Shown: positions 12,548 through 24,821, numbered from the stretch's first letter. The stretch: 64,000 nt of DNA from Lama guanicoe (GCA_013239625.1 MU054220.1:2479374-2543373); one strand, 5' to 3'. Numbers and translations are program-made. The notes: generated by a model not told the origin, from the sequence alone.

Positions 12548-13755
12548 CAAGAGCTATGATTTTCCTGTTTGGCACCTCCAGCCCCTTTCTGATCTCACTG
12601 GTCTGTGTCCTGACCCTGGGAGGCTAAGGTGAGGGTTTCCTTGGGGCTGGCTGACCAATCGCTCCTGCCCACACTGTGCGTGCCTGGGGAGGGCAGCTTC
12701 TGCACGTTGGGTGCTCTGCCCTTCCACCTCAGAGGGTGGTGCCTGAGATTCCATTTTGGAGTCTCTTGATGCTGAAAAGGGCTGTCAGACACCCTCAGAA
12801 GAGGGGGTAGTATCTGGTCTTTGCCCTTGATGTCTCTGCAACTTTGAGGGTGGCAACACCCCTCACTGAGCCACTGCTGTGGACCAAGGATTTGGGCATG
12901 CCAATTGGAATTACCAGGCTAGGAGGCTGTGTCTGTGTCTGGGATGGTGGCTTAGGGGGGCTGAGGCCAGGCTTGGGGAGGGGTCACCCTGGCACTTGGC
13001 TCCAGCCTCCAGTGCATGATCCACACCCTGCTTCCTCTCCCTGTTTCTCTCTCTCTCACACAGACACACAGTGAGCTGCGGGGCTGGCAGGGCTGTGATG
13101 GGGCCCGTGTGCGTGTGTAATGGTGCGCGTGTTGGCGGGTGTGAAGGAGGCTGGGCTGAGCGGCTGCCCTGGCACAGCACACTGGGCGTGGGCCTCCCTC
13201 ACATGTAGGGGAGAGGAAGAGGGGGAGGAAACATAAAGAGGCTCTGGGGAGGGACCTCATATTGGGGTACCCCAGCTGGGGTGCTGGGGTGTGTACTGGT
13301 GGGCTAGGGGCACTTCAGGGGCTGGCTATGGACTCCCCTGCTGCAGCCCCTCTCTTCCCTCTGGGACACTCAGTGTTCCCAGTGGGGCCTTGGGGTGGGT
13401 GCTGGCCCCTGGGAAGAGATGTGTGTCCTTCCTCAGCTGATGGGCCCTTTAAGCTTCTACTTCCTGACAGGTCTTAGCCCCTGGCTGCTGACAGACGCCA
13501 GCTACCCTTGTACTGCACCCTCATGCCTTGGGGATGGGAACCCAGTGGTCCTCCAGGAGGGGATGCCACAGTAAGTCTCTCTGCAAGGCTGTCTCCCCCT
13601 CCTTGGATTCGCAGCTCCGTGTCACCTCTTCTGGTCCTCTGGGAAGCCTTCCCCAAGGTGGGATCACTGGCTTCTGAGGTTCTTTGGGCCTTCCTCTGCC
13701 CAAACCCCTAGCTCTGGGACAGCAACATGAAGTCAAGGAGCTGTGGAGCCTCAGA

Positions 13756-13900
13756 CAGGTTATTTAACATCTCTGTGCCTCAGTTTCCTCACCTGTAAGT
13801 AGTAAAAAATAACAGTACTTATCTCATAGATTTGTTGCAAGGATGAAATGAATTAATACTTGTAAAACGTGCCTGGCACTTTGTGGACAATAAATGTTAG
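13756..13900 (+). mobile_element. MIR SINE
   Basis: TCTCTGTGCCTCAGTTTCCTCACCTGTAA...GTGCCTGGCAC...AATAAATGTTAGC. Confidence 0.8.
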
Positions 13901-14084
13901 CTGCTCGTATATACTCTTGCCTTTGTCCCCAATGCCTTCTGTAGGGATTGGAGGGCAGGTTCCTGGGAAGGTTTGGTTAAGAAATGATCGAGTAGGTGAA
14001 TGAATGAGCACTTCTGACCAGAGCTGCAGGCTGTTGCCTGGGACCACTTGCTTCCCAGTGGCCGCACACTGGCCTTCTGTCCAT

Positions 14085-14422
14085 CCCTCACACATGCCTC
14101 AGGGCCTTTGCTCTTGCCATTGCCCTTAAGTAGGCCACTCTCTGCAGCTTTCTACGTGGCTGCCTCCTCGCCATAATCCAAATCACCTCCTCAGAGAGGC
14201 CTTCACTGATCACCCAGTGGGGACCCATCCCTGTCTGTCCTCAGACTCACTCACTATAACCTACCTTGTTTTCTTTCTAGCACTCTTTCATTGCTCACGT
14301 GTTTGTATGCCTCCCCTGATCAGATTGTAGGCTACGTGAGACTGGGGGCTGCATGTAGTCTCATTCACCTCGATAACCCCAGCATCTACAACAGTGCTTC
14401 CGCACAGTAGGGATGAATGAAT
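14085..14422 (+). mobile_element. L2 3' end fragment just upstream of the CHRM4 acceptor
   Basis: CCTCAGGGCCTTTGC...TCACCTCCTCAGAGAGGCCTTC...GATGAATGAAT tail. Confidence 0.75.
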
Positions 14423-14436
14423 TCCCATGTGAGTAG

Positions 14437-16032
<1,596 letters not shown>

Positions 16033-17276
16033 GCAGGCAGGGGTGCCACTGGAGGTGCTGGTGTGTGTGCTGGGGGACCACATGGCTCAGCTGCTGTGGA
16101 GGAGAGATTTGGAAGTGCTTCTCCGTGTTCACGTTCGCCGAAGAGAACTGAGGTCCCCAGGACTCTGAGGCTCATGAAGAGGCTGGATTCAGAGAGACCA
16201 GATCTCTGCTCAGGCAAGGAGGATCAGCCCCAGGAAGTGACTGAACCCGACTATCTAACCCACCTCTGTTGCCCTGCCTCAGGGAGCTGGGGGGCACTTG
16301 CCCCACTGTGACCAGCCAGTGTGGCTGGAAGAAGGGATATCTGGAGAGGAGCAGAGCCCAGCACCCCTTCAGAAAGAGCAAAGGGGCCAGTGCTTGGGAA
16401 AGGAGGCTCAGGAAGGGAATGGGAGGGTCCCCCATTCTGCTGTAATCGGTGCTTTCTGCCCCTCCGCACCCCGCATGTAGGCTCAGCCCCCTCCTCCTAA
16501 ACCCAACTCCAGGGGCAGAAATCTCCCCTTGCTGCAGCTACTCAGCCTGGCCCTGGCTGGGTGGGGTGGGTGGGCTGGCTGGAGGCTGGGCAGAGTGGGC
16601 TCTGAGCACACCCCTTCCCCAACCCCGCAGCATTGCCCTGGTCACATTCAGGATGGGCCAGCAGGGAGACCAGCTGTTTACTCAGGAACTGAGATCTGGC
16701 CACCCATGGTCCCAGGCCTGAGTTGAGTGGCCCGTTATTTTGAAGCGTTTGCTCCCCCTCCCCCAAGGAGAGAGGTCACATAGTGAAGGTGGGGCCCTGG
16801 TGTTATTCTCTGCTGGCCCCTGCCCAGTGTGAGGGATGCCTGGGTCACCAGGGAGAAAATTGGGGTGGATCTGACCCACACACAGGTTTCAACGAAAGTG
16901 GGAGTGGGGGGTAGTGAGACAACCCCTAACCCTAGGGATTTTCAGATTGGCAGTGGGCTGGACCAAAAGCCCTTGACCTGGGTGAAGCTGTCAGTTCTAG
17001 TGAGTCTCCCAGGTCCCCTCTCCCAACCGTTGTATGGCCTCTGGAGAGACAGGACTGAAAGGTTCAGGGGACTTGATGGGGGGGGCACCCTTCCAGAGGT
17101 GAGTAGGGGGCCCTGGAAGAAATTTTCATAGCCCTTCTTTCTCCGTGAGCTCTGGGGGGGCACTCACCGCCAAGCCCCAACCCCCTGAAAGCCGCCATTC
17201 CCTCAGCCTTCTCTCCACCACTCCCCCACCTCCGACAAGTTATCTCAGCAAACTCCCTGGGAAGGGGCTTTTATAT

Positions 17277-17282
17277 ATTAAA
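17277..17282 (+). terminator. CHRM4: Probable CHRM4 poly(A) signal (ATTAAA)
   Basis: First AWTAAA I could find on + after the CHRM4 stop; U-rich tract downstream at 17310-17328. Confidence 0.6.
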
Positions 17283-17291
17283 AGAAAAGCT

Positions 17292-17320
17292 TTTATTGGG
17301 AAAAAACAGTTTATTTTATT
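17292..17320 (-). terminator. MDK: MDK poly(A) signals (AATAAA x3)
   Basis: TTTATT on + at 17292-17297, 17310-17315 and 17315-17320, about 290 nt after the MDK stop. Confidence 0.8.
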
Positions 17321-17602
17321 TGTTTCTTAGTAATGGCATCATTGGGGGGAAGAAAAAAGTGGGTATGGGGAATCAAATCCCTTTGGGGGAGGAGGCTGAA
17401 GCTGCCCAGAATCCCTTGTCCCTCCCCACTTTGGGCACTTGGGGTAGGGGTGGGTGAGTGAAGGGGAGAAAGCAGGGCATGATTGATAAAGCTAATGAGT
17501 AGGCAAAAGGCACTGGTGGGTTATATCTTGGGCCTGTGGAGGGAGGGAGTGGGCCAGGCCCCCGAGTAAAACCAGGGGCTCCTTGGCATCCAGGCCTGGC
17601 TG

Positions 17603-17628
17603 CTAGTCCTTCCCCTTCCCTTTCTTGG
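17603..17628 (-). CDS. MDK: Midkine last coding exon (AKKGKGKD*)
   Basis: Acceptor TTTTGCAG; 26 nt; TAG 17605-17603; the four coding exons sum to 432 nt = 143 aa + stop. Confidence 0.95.
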
Positions 17629-18322
17629 CTGCAAAACAAGAAAGAAGTACCAGGTTAGCAGGGTTTTGGTGACCTAGTGGAGACCCCTCCCTTCCCCTTA
17701 CAAACACATCAGGGAGAAGAAACCCTGCCCCCTGGTGGTTCTCTATTAGCTGACCTGGAAGCCAGTGGGATAGGGCACTTGATGCTGGACAGTCCTCACT
17801 CCCCACTTAAAGACTTCCATTTGGGATCAGAAAACCTTCAAGTTCCTGGTCCCAGTCCTGCTCCCAAGAGCCCTGGACAACAGCCTCAGTCCCCTCACCT
17901 GAGAAGTGGGCAGAGTCACCTCTGCCCTGTTGGCCTCCAGGGCTGCTAAGAATCAGGAGTGAAGCTAAGGGATAGAGGGAGCATGGGCTGTGGAGTCCTT
18001 CCCACACTAGAAAGGGCCGAACTGACCACACCGCTCCCTCCTGCCAGAGAGATGACAAAGCCAAGCCCTTCCAGGATGAGCTCCCTGAATCCTAAGCCAA
18101 AGGCTCCAACAGAACAGCTGACTTTGTCCTCACTTGCGCCAGGATTTCAATCTCCTCAGCACCTTCTGCGGGGCACTCAGTACTACCTATCTACGGCATC
18201 TCACCCACAGGGAAACAGTGTAGTGATGCCAAGAAGTCACTGGCCAGGATCCAAAACAGGTTTAAACACTCCCTTCACAAGTGGGGGCAGCCCCCTGCAA
18301 TGATCACCCCCACTTTGCTGAC

Positions 18323-18484
18323 CTTTGGCCTTGGCTTTGGTCTTAGGGCTGCAGGGCTTGGTCACGCGGATGGTCTCCTGGCACTGGGCATTGTACCGAG
18401 CCTTCTTCAGGGTTCCTTGGCGGGCTTTGGTGCCTGTGCCCCCGTCACACGCCCCCCAGCTCTCAAACTTGTACTTGCAGTCGG
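18323..18484 (-). CDS. MDK: Midkine coding exon 3 (C-domain)
   Basis: DCKYKFESWGACDGGTGTKARQGTLKKARYNAQCQETIRVTKPCSPKTKAKAK; AG/GT boundaries, 162 nt. Confidence 0.97.
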
Positions 18485-18601
18485 CTGGCGGGAGAGTGTC
18501 TGGGGTCAGAGCTGGGTGGCCCGTGGCCCCCTCCACAGGGCTGCCCAGGTTCCAGTGCAGCTGTGCCCCTCTGCCTACCCTCCACCTGTGCCCCACCTCA
18601 C

Positions 18602-18769
18602 CTCCAAACTCCTTCTTCCAGTTACAGGGCACCCGGCACCGGATGCGCTGCGTCTGACCCCCGCAGGTGCCCTCGCGGAAACCCACGCCGCAGTCCTTGC
18701 TGCTGGGGGTGCAGGGTCCCCAGGTCCACTCCGCGCACTCGCTCCCCGGGCCGCCCTTCTTCACTTTGT
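18602..18769 (-). CDS. MDK: Midkine coding exon 2 (N-domain)
   Basis: KVKKGGPGSECAEWTWGPCTPSSKDCGVGFREGTCGGQTQRIRCRVPCNWKKEFG; 168 nt, AG/GT. Confidence 0.97.
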
Positions 18770-18919
18770 CTACAACGCACGGGGAACAGAGCTCAAGACC
18801 TGGGCCAGGAGAGACTCACTGTGGGACCCCTTCTCGAGATCCTGGCCTCGGAACCGAGGCTTCCGGCCTCACCTGCCAGGCTTCATCCCCACATTCAGCT
18901 CCCCCAAGCCCCGTATCAC

Positions 18920-18995
18920 CTTTCTTTTTGGCCACCGCGGAGGTGAGCGCCAGCAGGGAGAGGAAGGCGAGGAGGAGGAAGCCTCGGCGCTGCAT
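18920..18995 (-). CDS. MDK: Midkine coding exon 1 (signal peptide)
   Basis: MQRRGFLLLAFLSLLALTSAVAKKK; acceptor immediately 5' of GATG; donor AAG|GTGATA; 76 nt. Confidence 0.97.
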
Positions 18996-19283
18996 CCTGC
19001 GGGGAGAGCACGAGTTAGAGTCCCCACCTGGGGCGCAGGCGTGGACCTCCCACCTCCTTTCTCTTGTTTCCAGGCCCAAAGGGTCGGGCTGCTACTGCGG
19101 TGGCGGCGGCCTTGGGGGACCGGCCCCTCACCGCCAGCCGAAGTGCACGGCGGGAAGCGTCTCCCCGGGGGCTACTGGAGCCCGGGACGCAGCTCAGACC
19201 CCCACCCGGCCTCCAGCCACCAGGGCGGCAAGCGACCGAAAGGCCGAGGTCGCCGCGCACCCTCCGGGGGCCCGTGCGCTCAC

Positions 19284-19330
19284 TCGCTCGCTGCCCGCGC
19301 TGCTTCGCTCCCTCCCGCGCCGGGCCCGTC
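19284..19330 (-). other. MDK: Probable MDK non-coding exon 1 (5' end approximate); alternative donor at 19131
   Basis: Donor CGA|GTGAGC at 19283; TATA-like GACAAAAGG about 19351-19359 and GC boxes upstream. Confidence 0.55.
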
Positions 19331-19399
19331 CCGCTCCGGCTGCCGCGGCCCCTTTTGTCTCCAGAACCGGTCTGAGCCGGTCACATGGGCCCCCGCCCC

Positions 19400-19413
19400 N
19401 NNNNNNNNNNNNN
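19400..19413. other. Assembly gap (14 N) inside the MDK promoter GC boxes
   Basis: Run of n in sequence. Confidence 1.
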
Positions 19414-20560
19414 GTCCCCGCCTCCATTCCCGCCCCGCGCCCCCAGCGCCTCTACCCCGCTTAGCGCCGCCGGGCCCCACACCCTCGCCTCGCCCGGCCG
19501 CTTCGCTCTGCCTACAGGCGCCGTGCTCTCCTGGACCCCCGTCCTCCGAACCCGGGCCCTCACGGCCCATGGGACTCCGTCCTGCCTTGGCACCCCATGT
19601 CCCCGATCCCAGTCTCAGGCTCCCTCGGCCCCAACCCCTGCTTGCCCTCCCCGCCCTCTGCTCCCTCCGTGGGGCCGTCCCCTTTCCCAGCTGGACGCCA
19701 GCTTCCCTTCCCAGTTGCCGAGCCTTAGGTGGAGACCGGGAGGGAGCACAGAGCCCCGGGTGAGTCCCAGGTCCCGGCGCGGGGTCCCTCATTCGAGCCT
19801 GTGTGCGGCTCCGTCCCTTGAGCCCTTGGGTGCTCGGTTGAACCCCGTCGAGGCTCCGCTCCACCTCCCAGGGCCCGCTGTCCTCAGCGCTCCGTTAGAT
19901 GCTGGAGAAGGAGCGCCAGCCTCCACCTCGGAGCGCCTCGCCAAGGGTGCAGGGAGATGCTCGGCTTAGTGTTGGGGGTGGGGGCTGGGACAGGGAGCCT
20001 CAGAAAAAGCGCACGGGTCGGGGGGCGTCGAGGCCCCTGCGCCTTTCGCGGAGAGCAGGTTGGCGGGGTGGGGGAGTCGGGGGCCTGTATTTGGTAAGAC
20101 TTGGAGCTGACAAGAGCCGTCTGAGAAGTTCCAGACCCGGCCCGGCAGCGGCTGCACATGCCAACCCCTTTCTATTCTGGGGCCTCGGGGATCACCTCAT
20201 CCGACAGCCAAAGCAACTGAGGCCAGGGGGAGGGGGCTTGCCCTAGGTCACAGGGCCAATGGGCCCAAGAAACCAGGCCTCGCTCCCTGCTCTACTTCTT
20301 TAACTTTCATTGTTACCATCCCAGCGGGAAGCGGGAAGCTAGAAGAAATCAGCTCCTCCCCCTGGCCACGACGGGCGAGGCAGCCGGGCAGAGGTCAGGT
20401 CCCAGGCAGCCCCTCGGATCCCACCCCTAAACCAGGGCTCCCTGATACGGGTCTGGGTCAACGGTGTCCAGTCCCCCACCGAGGATAACCAGGTAGATCC
20501 CTGCTACTTCTGGAAGACCTCCCCGGGGAAAAAAGAAAAGCAGAAAGGAAAAAAAATCAC

Positions 20561-20566
20561 TTTACT
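20561..20566 (-). terminator. DGKZ: Probable DGKZ poly(A) signal (variant AGTAAA)
   Basis: TTTACT on +; followed on - by a long U-rich tract (20557-20529); about 680 nt after the stop. Confidence 0.6.
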
Positions 20567-21241
20567 GAGTCACACCCAGCTGTAAACATGTCTCTGTGAG
20601 AGCCCCATCCCAACCCCCAGGCCACACAGTCGAGGTGAAATGACTTGGGTACAGGAGGAGGTCACGTGGTAGGTGCTAAGCAGGGCAGCGGGCAGGCAAA
20701 CGCAGCAGGCTCCATGTTTCCAGGAGGAAGCCCTGGGGAGGGTGGGGTCAGGGCAGGAGAGGGGGCCCAAGCTCCCAGGAGCCTCAGAGTGGGGGTCCTG
20801 AAGGACCAGGAGGCTTAGGAAGCCTCTTCCTGAAGGCTCCCTGATAGGTCCTCAAGCCCTTCTGTCCTCCTGGCTGCAGCTCCTAAGCTCCAGGACACCC
20901 GCTGCAGTGAAGATCAGGGCCGCTCTGAAGTGGCCAAGCCCCAGCCCTGCAAAGGCCTGCCCAGCCCAGTCCAGTTTCCTGTTCCCCTGTGGGCCTCTGG
21001 GTTAGGCTGGGGCCTCAGGGGGACGGGTGAGACTCCCCAGCTCCTCAGAGTCCAGCCCTAGGTCTGGGCAGCTTCTCAGGGGGCAGCATAGGGCTCCTTT
21101 CCTGGGGCCTGGGGCCCCTCTGCCCGTCCCTGTGGCTGTCCGACTGGAATGTGGCAGTGAGGTGCGCGAGGAGGGACTCATCCTCTGGCCTCATCCTCTG
21201 GCCGGCTCATCCTTCCTGCTGCTCCGGTGTTGGCCTCACAG

Positions 21242-21358
21242 CTACACAGCCGTTTCCTGGTCCTCCCTCTGGATCATCTGGTAGTGCTGCCGGTTCTCCA
21301 GATACGCAGCCAGTTCGGTGTCCTGAGCCTTCTCAGCCCGCTGCCGGGGAGTGTCGCC
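21242..21358 (-). CDS. DGKZ: DGKZ exon 31 (last; PDZ-binding ETAV)
   Basis: [38 protein letters not shown]; 117 nt. Confidence 0.96.
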   Translation of the reverse strand, partial: GDTPRQRAEKAQDTELAAYLENRQHYQMIQREDQETAV

Positions 21359-21617
21359 CTGGATGAGGGGGGAGCTGCTGTCAGTTCAGGAACCTGTGGG
21401 CTCCAACGGGCTTAGAAGACAGGAGCTCTTCCCCTGGGGTCAGGCAGCCCCAGCCCTGCTGGCTTGGGTTCTCAGGGTCTGGACTGTGTTGGTTGTAGAC
21501 AGCTTTGAATCCCCAGAGGTGGCCCTCCCCCAAGGCTCCCCTCTTACAAGGGCAAGTTTGGGAAAGGGATTCTTTGTGCTTGTGTGGATTCCCTCCCTGC
21601 CCTGCTAGTCTGCTCAC

Positions 21618-21717
21618 CTGCTGGTCTGTCTTCATGAGCGAGGCCCCGGCCTCCACAATGTAGTGGCAGATGGTGCGCTGGCCCAGGGCTGCCGCCTGGT
21701 GCAGACAAGTCTCCCCA
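21618..21717 (-). CDS. DGKZ: DGKZ exon 30 (ankyrin repeat)
   Basis: [33 protein letters not shown]; 100 nt, AG/GT. Confidence 0.95.
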
Positions 21718-21927
21718 CTGGGGGAACAGGGGCTGGCTGTGGACTCCATCCAGTTTTCTGGGCCCTCTTGTCTCCCGAGGGCCATCAGAAAGGGCAGGAA
21801 ACTCAGGGTCCTGGGGCAAGTGGGGGTGGCCCAGAGGACAACAGATGTGGCCAGAAAGGATTTATGGGCTCTGACAGGGAGGGCGGTTTCCAGGGTAACC
21901 AGGGCCCTGCACCGCCCAGATACTCAC

Positions 21928-21961
21928 TTTTCCTCCACAGCATCAAGGATCTCTGTGGGGG
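21928..21961 (-). CDS. DGKZ: DGKZ exon 29
   Basis: PTEILDAVEE; 34 nt, frame-consistent. Confidence 0.93.
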
Positions 21962-22039
21962 CTGGAGAAGAGGAAGGGGGAGGTCAGAGAGGCCTGGCAG
22001 TCTCTCCCTCCCCCCGGGGGCCCCAGCAGCACAGCTTAC

Positions 22040-22160
22040 CGTGGTCCAGCAGGTAGCGGACCACTTCCTTGCTGCCAGTGCTGACCGCGTGGTGCAAGAG
22101 TGTGCGGTCCCGCTCGTCACGGTGCATGAGGTCACCCCCAGCTCGGTGCAGCTCCTGGAG
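22040..22160 (-). CDS. DGKZ: DGKZ exon 28 (ankyrin repeat)
   Basis: [40 protein letters not shown]; 121 nt. Confidence 0.95.
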
Positions 22161-22630
22161 CTGAGGGCGGGAAGCAGAGCAGCGCTGGGGCTCCTTAGAC
22201 CACCCTCCTTTCCAGCCACAGAAACGCCCCCCAACTCACACAGGCCTCAGGCTTCTTAGGAGCCTCCGGGGGTCTTTCTGGAGTGCAGGGGAGAGATGAT
22301 GGGCTTCTCTCACCCCAGGCAGCCCCGGACTCTGTGGAAGCACTGACAACCGAGCCCTGGAGCCTGCGGTTCCTCTAAGACTTGATCCTTTCTGAGCACT
22401 GGGGACAGGTGGACTGAGCTAGGAAGCCCCTACAGAAGGACACTGTTATGGGCCAGACAGGGACCAGGGTAAGGCAGAATGGAACAATCACAATGGAGAC
22501 CCTGTAGATGGCCAGGCACTGAGACATGATTGCACCTGAACAGAGCTGCTCCTGGCCCAACCCAGAGGCCCCATTCCCCAGGGCCTGAGGGGCTGCCAAG
22601 GGGAAGAAGCCCGAGCCCTGGCACTAGTAC

Positions 22631-22674
22631 CTTACAGAAATCGTTCCTCCTGGCGGCCTCAATCAGCTCTTCAC
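22631..22674 (-). CDS. DGKZ: DGKZ exon 27
   Basis: EELIEAARRNDFCK; 44 nt. Confidence 0.93.
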
Positions 22675-22926
22675 CTGCACGGAACACCTGCCCGTTACAC
22701 TCTGGGATTGGAGGCCTGGCCTTGTGTTGGTGTGTGAACATATGGGTGATGTGCTATTGTGCAGAGAAATGGGCCTGTTGGGGCACATATGCCAAGGGCT
22801 GTGGGCTCACGGTGAATGTGGCCATAGCTGTGTTTGTGTAAGGCTGTATATGGCCTCTACCCCACCCCCTGAGACACAGTTCTATAACCAGGGAGAAAGT
22901 AGGGGCCCCGCAGGGAGAGGCCTCAC

Positions 22927-22958
22927 CTTTAGGGGGCGCAGCATCCCCTGGCAGTGAC
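22927..22958 (-). CDS. DGKZ: DGKZ exon 26
   Basis: SLPGDAAPPK; 32 nt, frame-consistent. Confidence 0.9.
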
Positions 22959-23069
22959 CTGCAAACAGAGCAGGATGAGATGGGACAGGGCTATGGGGGA
23001 CAGGGCTACAGCACAGGCCCAGCTTGTCACCCTCCCCGGCCCCAACCCGGGGCACCCTTTGTTCTCAGA

Positions 23070-23400
23070 AGTTTATTGAGTGCCTCCTACATGTTAAGTG
23101 CTATTCTGAGCGCTGGATGCAACAGTAAACATGACAGGTGGAGAACTTATTCTCAGGGAGCTTACATTCTAGTCAGAGAGACAAGCAAACAAATAAATGA
23201 GGTATTGTGAGAGAGCAGGAAGTGCTGCAAAGAATATGAGACAGGGTAGTGTCATTGAACAGCAACTTCAGATTGGGTTCCTGGAAGACTTCTCTGAGGA
23301 AACACCACAGCTAGTGAATGGAGGGGCAGCTCTGTGAAGATCTGGGAGGCGTGTCTGAGGCGACAAGGACAAGTCTGGAAGAAGGCAAACTTGAGGTCTC
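23070..23400 (-). mobile_element. L2 fragment in DGKZ intron 25
   Basis: TTTATTGAGTGCCTCCTACATG...GGAGCTTACATTCTAGT...TTCTCTGAGGA. Confidence 0.7.
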
Positions 23401-23945
23401 AAAGAACTGAGAGGCGAGTGGGGCTGGACTGTGGTGATGGAGGGGAAGGGTGGGGTCGGAGGCCAGCATGCTCAGGCAGCATAGGATGAAATGAACTGAA
23501 ATGACTGGGTACAAGGGGAGGGCACATGACTGCAGGCTGCTGGGAGAGAAGATTCCAGGCTGGGGAGAGAGCAGGAGGCCAGGGGTGAGGTGGTGTGGAC
23601 GGGTGGTGTGCTCGGATGTTGGTGGGGAGCTGACAGATCCTGTGAAAGGTTAGACGTGGTGGGTGGGGAGCAGCCAGGGAGGAAGCCCAGGTCTTTGGCC
23701 GGTGCAGCAGCGCAGATGGTGACGCCACTTCCCAGGGGGCAGGGTGCTTGCTGGCTGGACTGTGGCCAGGGTTAGTTTGCTCCCCTTGAGTCAGCAGGGC
23801 AGGGCTGGTGGGGACCCGGAAGGCAGCTACACGTGTACATCTGGTGCTTGGGGAAGTGGTCAGGTCTGAAGGCAGGACTTAAGGAGCTGGCGGCTTGAGG
23901 AGGTGGTGGTTAGGGCCAGGGGGCTGGAGGAAACTGGGGACTCAC

Positions 23946-24085
23946 CGGGGCGTGGGCGAGCAGGGCGAGGTGGGGAGAGGGGAAGTAGGAGTTGGGAGGT
24001 CAGGCCGGGCAGATGCCCCCAGCAGCTCAGGGTCCAGGATATAAATCTCGTCCTGTGCAATCTCAGTCACATAGTTGAGGTGTTC
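23946..24085 (-). CDS. DGKZ: DGKZ exon 25 (Pro-rich)
   Basis: [46 protein letters not shown]; 140 nt. Confidence 0.95.
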
Positions 24086-24646
24086 CTGTGGGTGGGGAGG
24101 TCAGGGCCGAGGGTCAGGGCCCAGCAGGGTAGCTGACGGTGGGAGTGAAGGGGCAGCAAGGCCAACAGACCTGGAGAAGCCTTTGCTGCGAGCATGAACA
24201 CTGACAGGAGGCAGCCAGGCCAGTGGCCCTGCCAGTCCTGCGTCCCCTCACCTCCCCATCCCCTTCCTTTCCTCTCCCGCCACCTGACCCAGCTCCTGAC
24301 CTCTGACCCAGTGGCTCACCAGCCTGTCAGCCCCTTCCCACTGCTAAACCTTTACTCAGGTGACCTGGCCTCTGGCCAGAAGTGCCTTTTTTTCTGTGTC
24401 TTGCTGGATGATCCCCATGCTTCAAGGCCCTTCCACCCACCCGGAGAGACTTTTCTGGGTACACCAGCTCCCTCTTCCTGTTAGCACCATCCCTGTGCAT
24501 TTCCCATCCATGGACATGGGCCAGTGCGAAGGCACTAGGGAACATGAGGGCGGGGTGTGCCTGACTGTGGAGGGTGGGCTAGCAGAAGAGGTGACACTGG
24601 GGCCCCCGGAACCCATGGTGGATGGAGCAGGACTGTGAGTGCTCAC

Positions 24647-24687
24647 CTGGGCCCGGTCGATTCTATAGAAGCGGCTGGCAGTGGTAG
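24647..24687 (-). CDS. DGKZ: DGKZ exon 24
   Basis: TTASRFYRIDRAQ; 41 nt. Confidence 0.93.
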
Positions 24688-24821
24688 CTGTAGGGAGAGG
24701 GTTAGCTGAGGGAGGGGCCCTTGTCCAGGCCCAGGTCTTCTGCTGCCCCACCCAGGACCCCCTAGGGAGGGGCAGGACAAGGCCCGGAACTGCCATGAGC
24801 TGGCCCTTTGGGGCCACTCAC

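Larger units (their letters stand above)
18620..20200. promoter_or_regulatory. MDK: MDK CpG island / promoter
   Basis: High CpG density spanning MDK 5' exons and upstream region. Confidence 0.8.

Noticed and set aside
20380..20760. AGGTCA/GGGTCA half-sites upstream of MDK as the retinoic-acid response element
   Set aside because: Half-sites are present (about 20392, 20660, 20745) but I could not find a clean DR5 or DR2 pair, so no specific site is called
21236..21244. Programmed stop-codon readthrough at DGKZ or the other three genes
   Set aside because: All four stops are TAG without the UGA-CUAG readthrough context
24320..24478. Possible cassette exon in DGKZ intron 24 (ends with GTGAGC donor)
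   Set aside because: No polypyrimidine tract at the putative acceptor; flanking exons already join in frame to give the expected protein length
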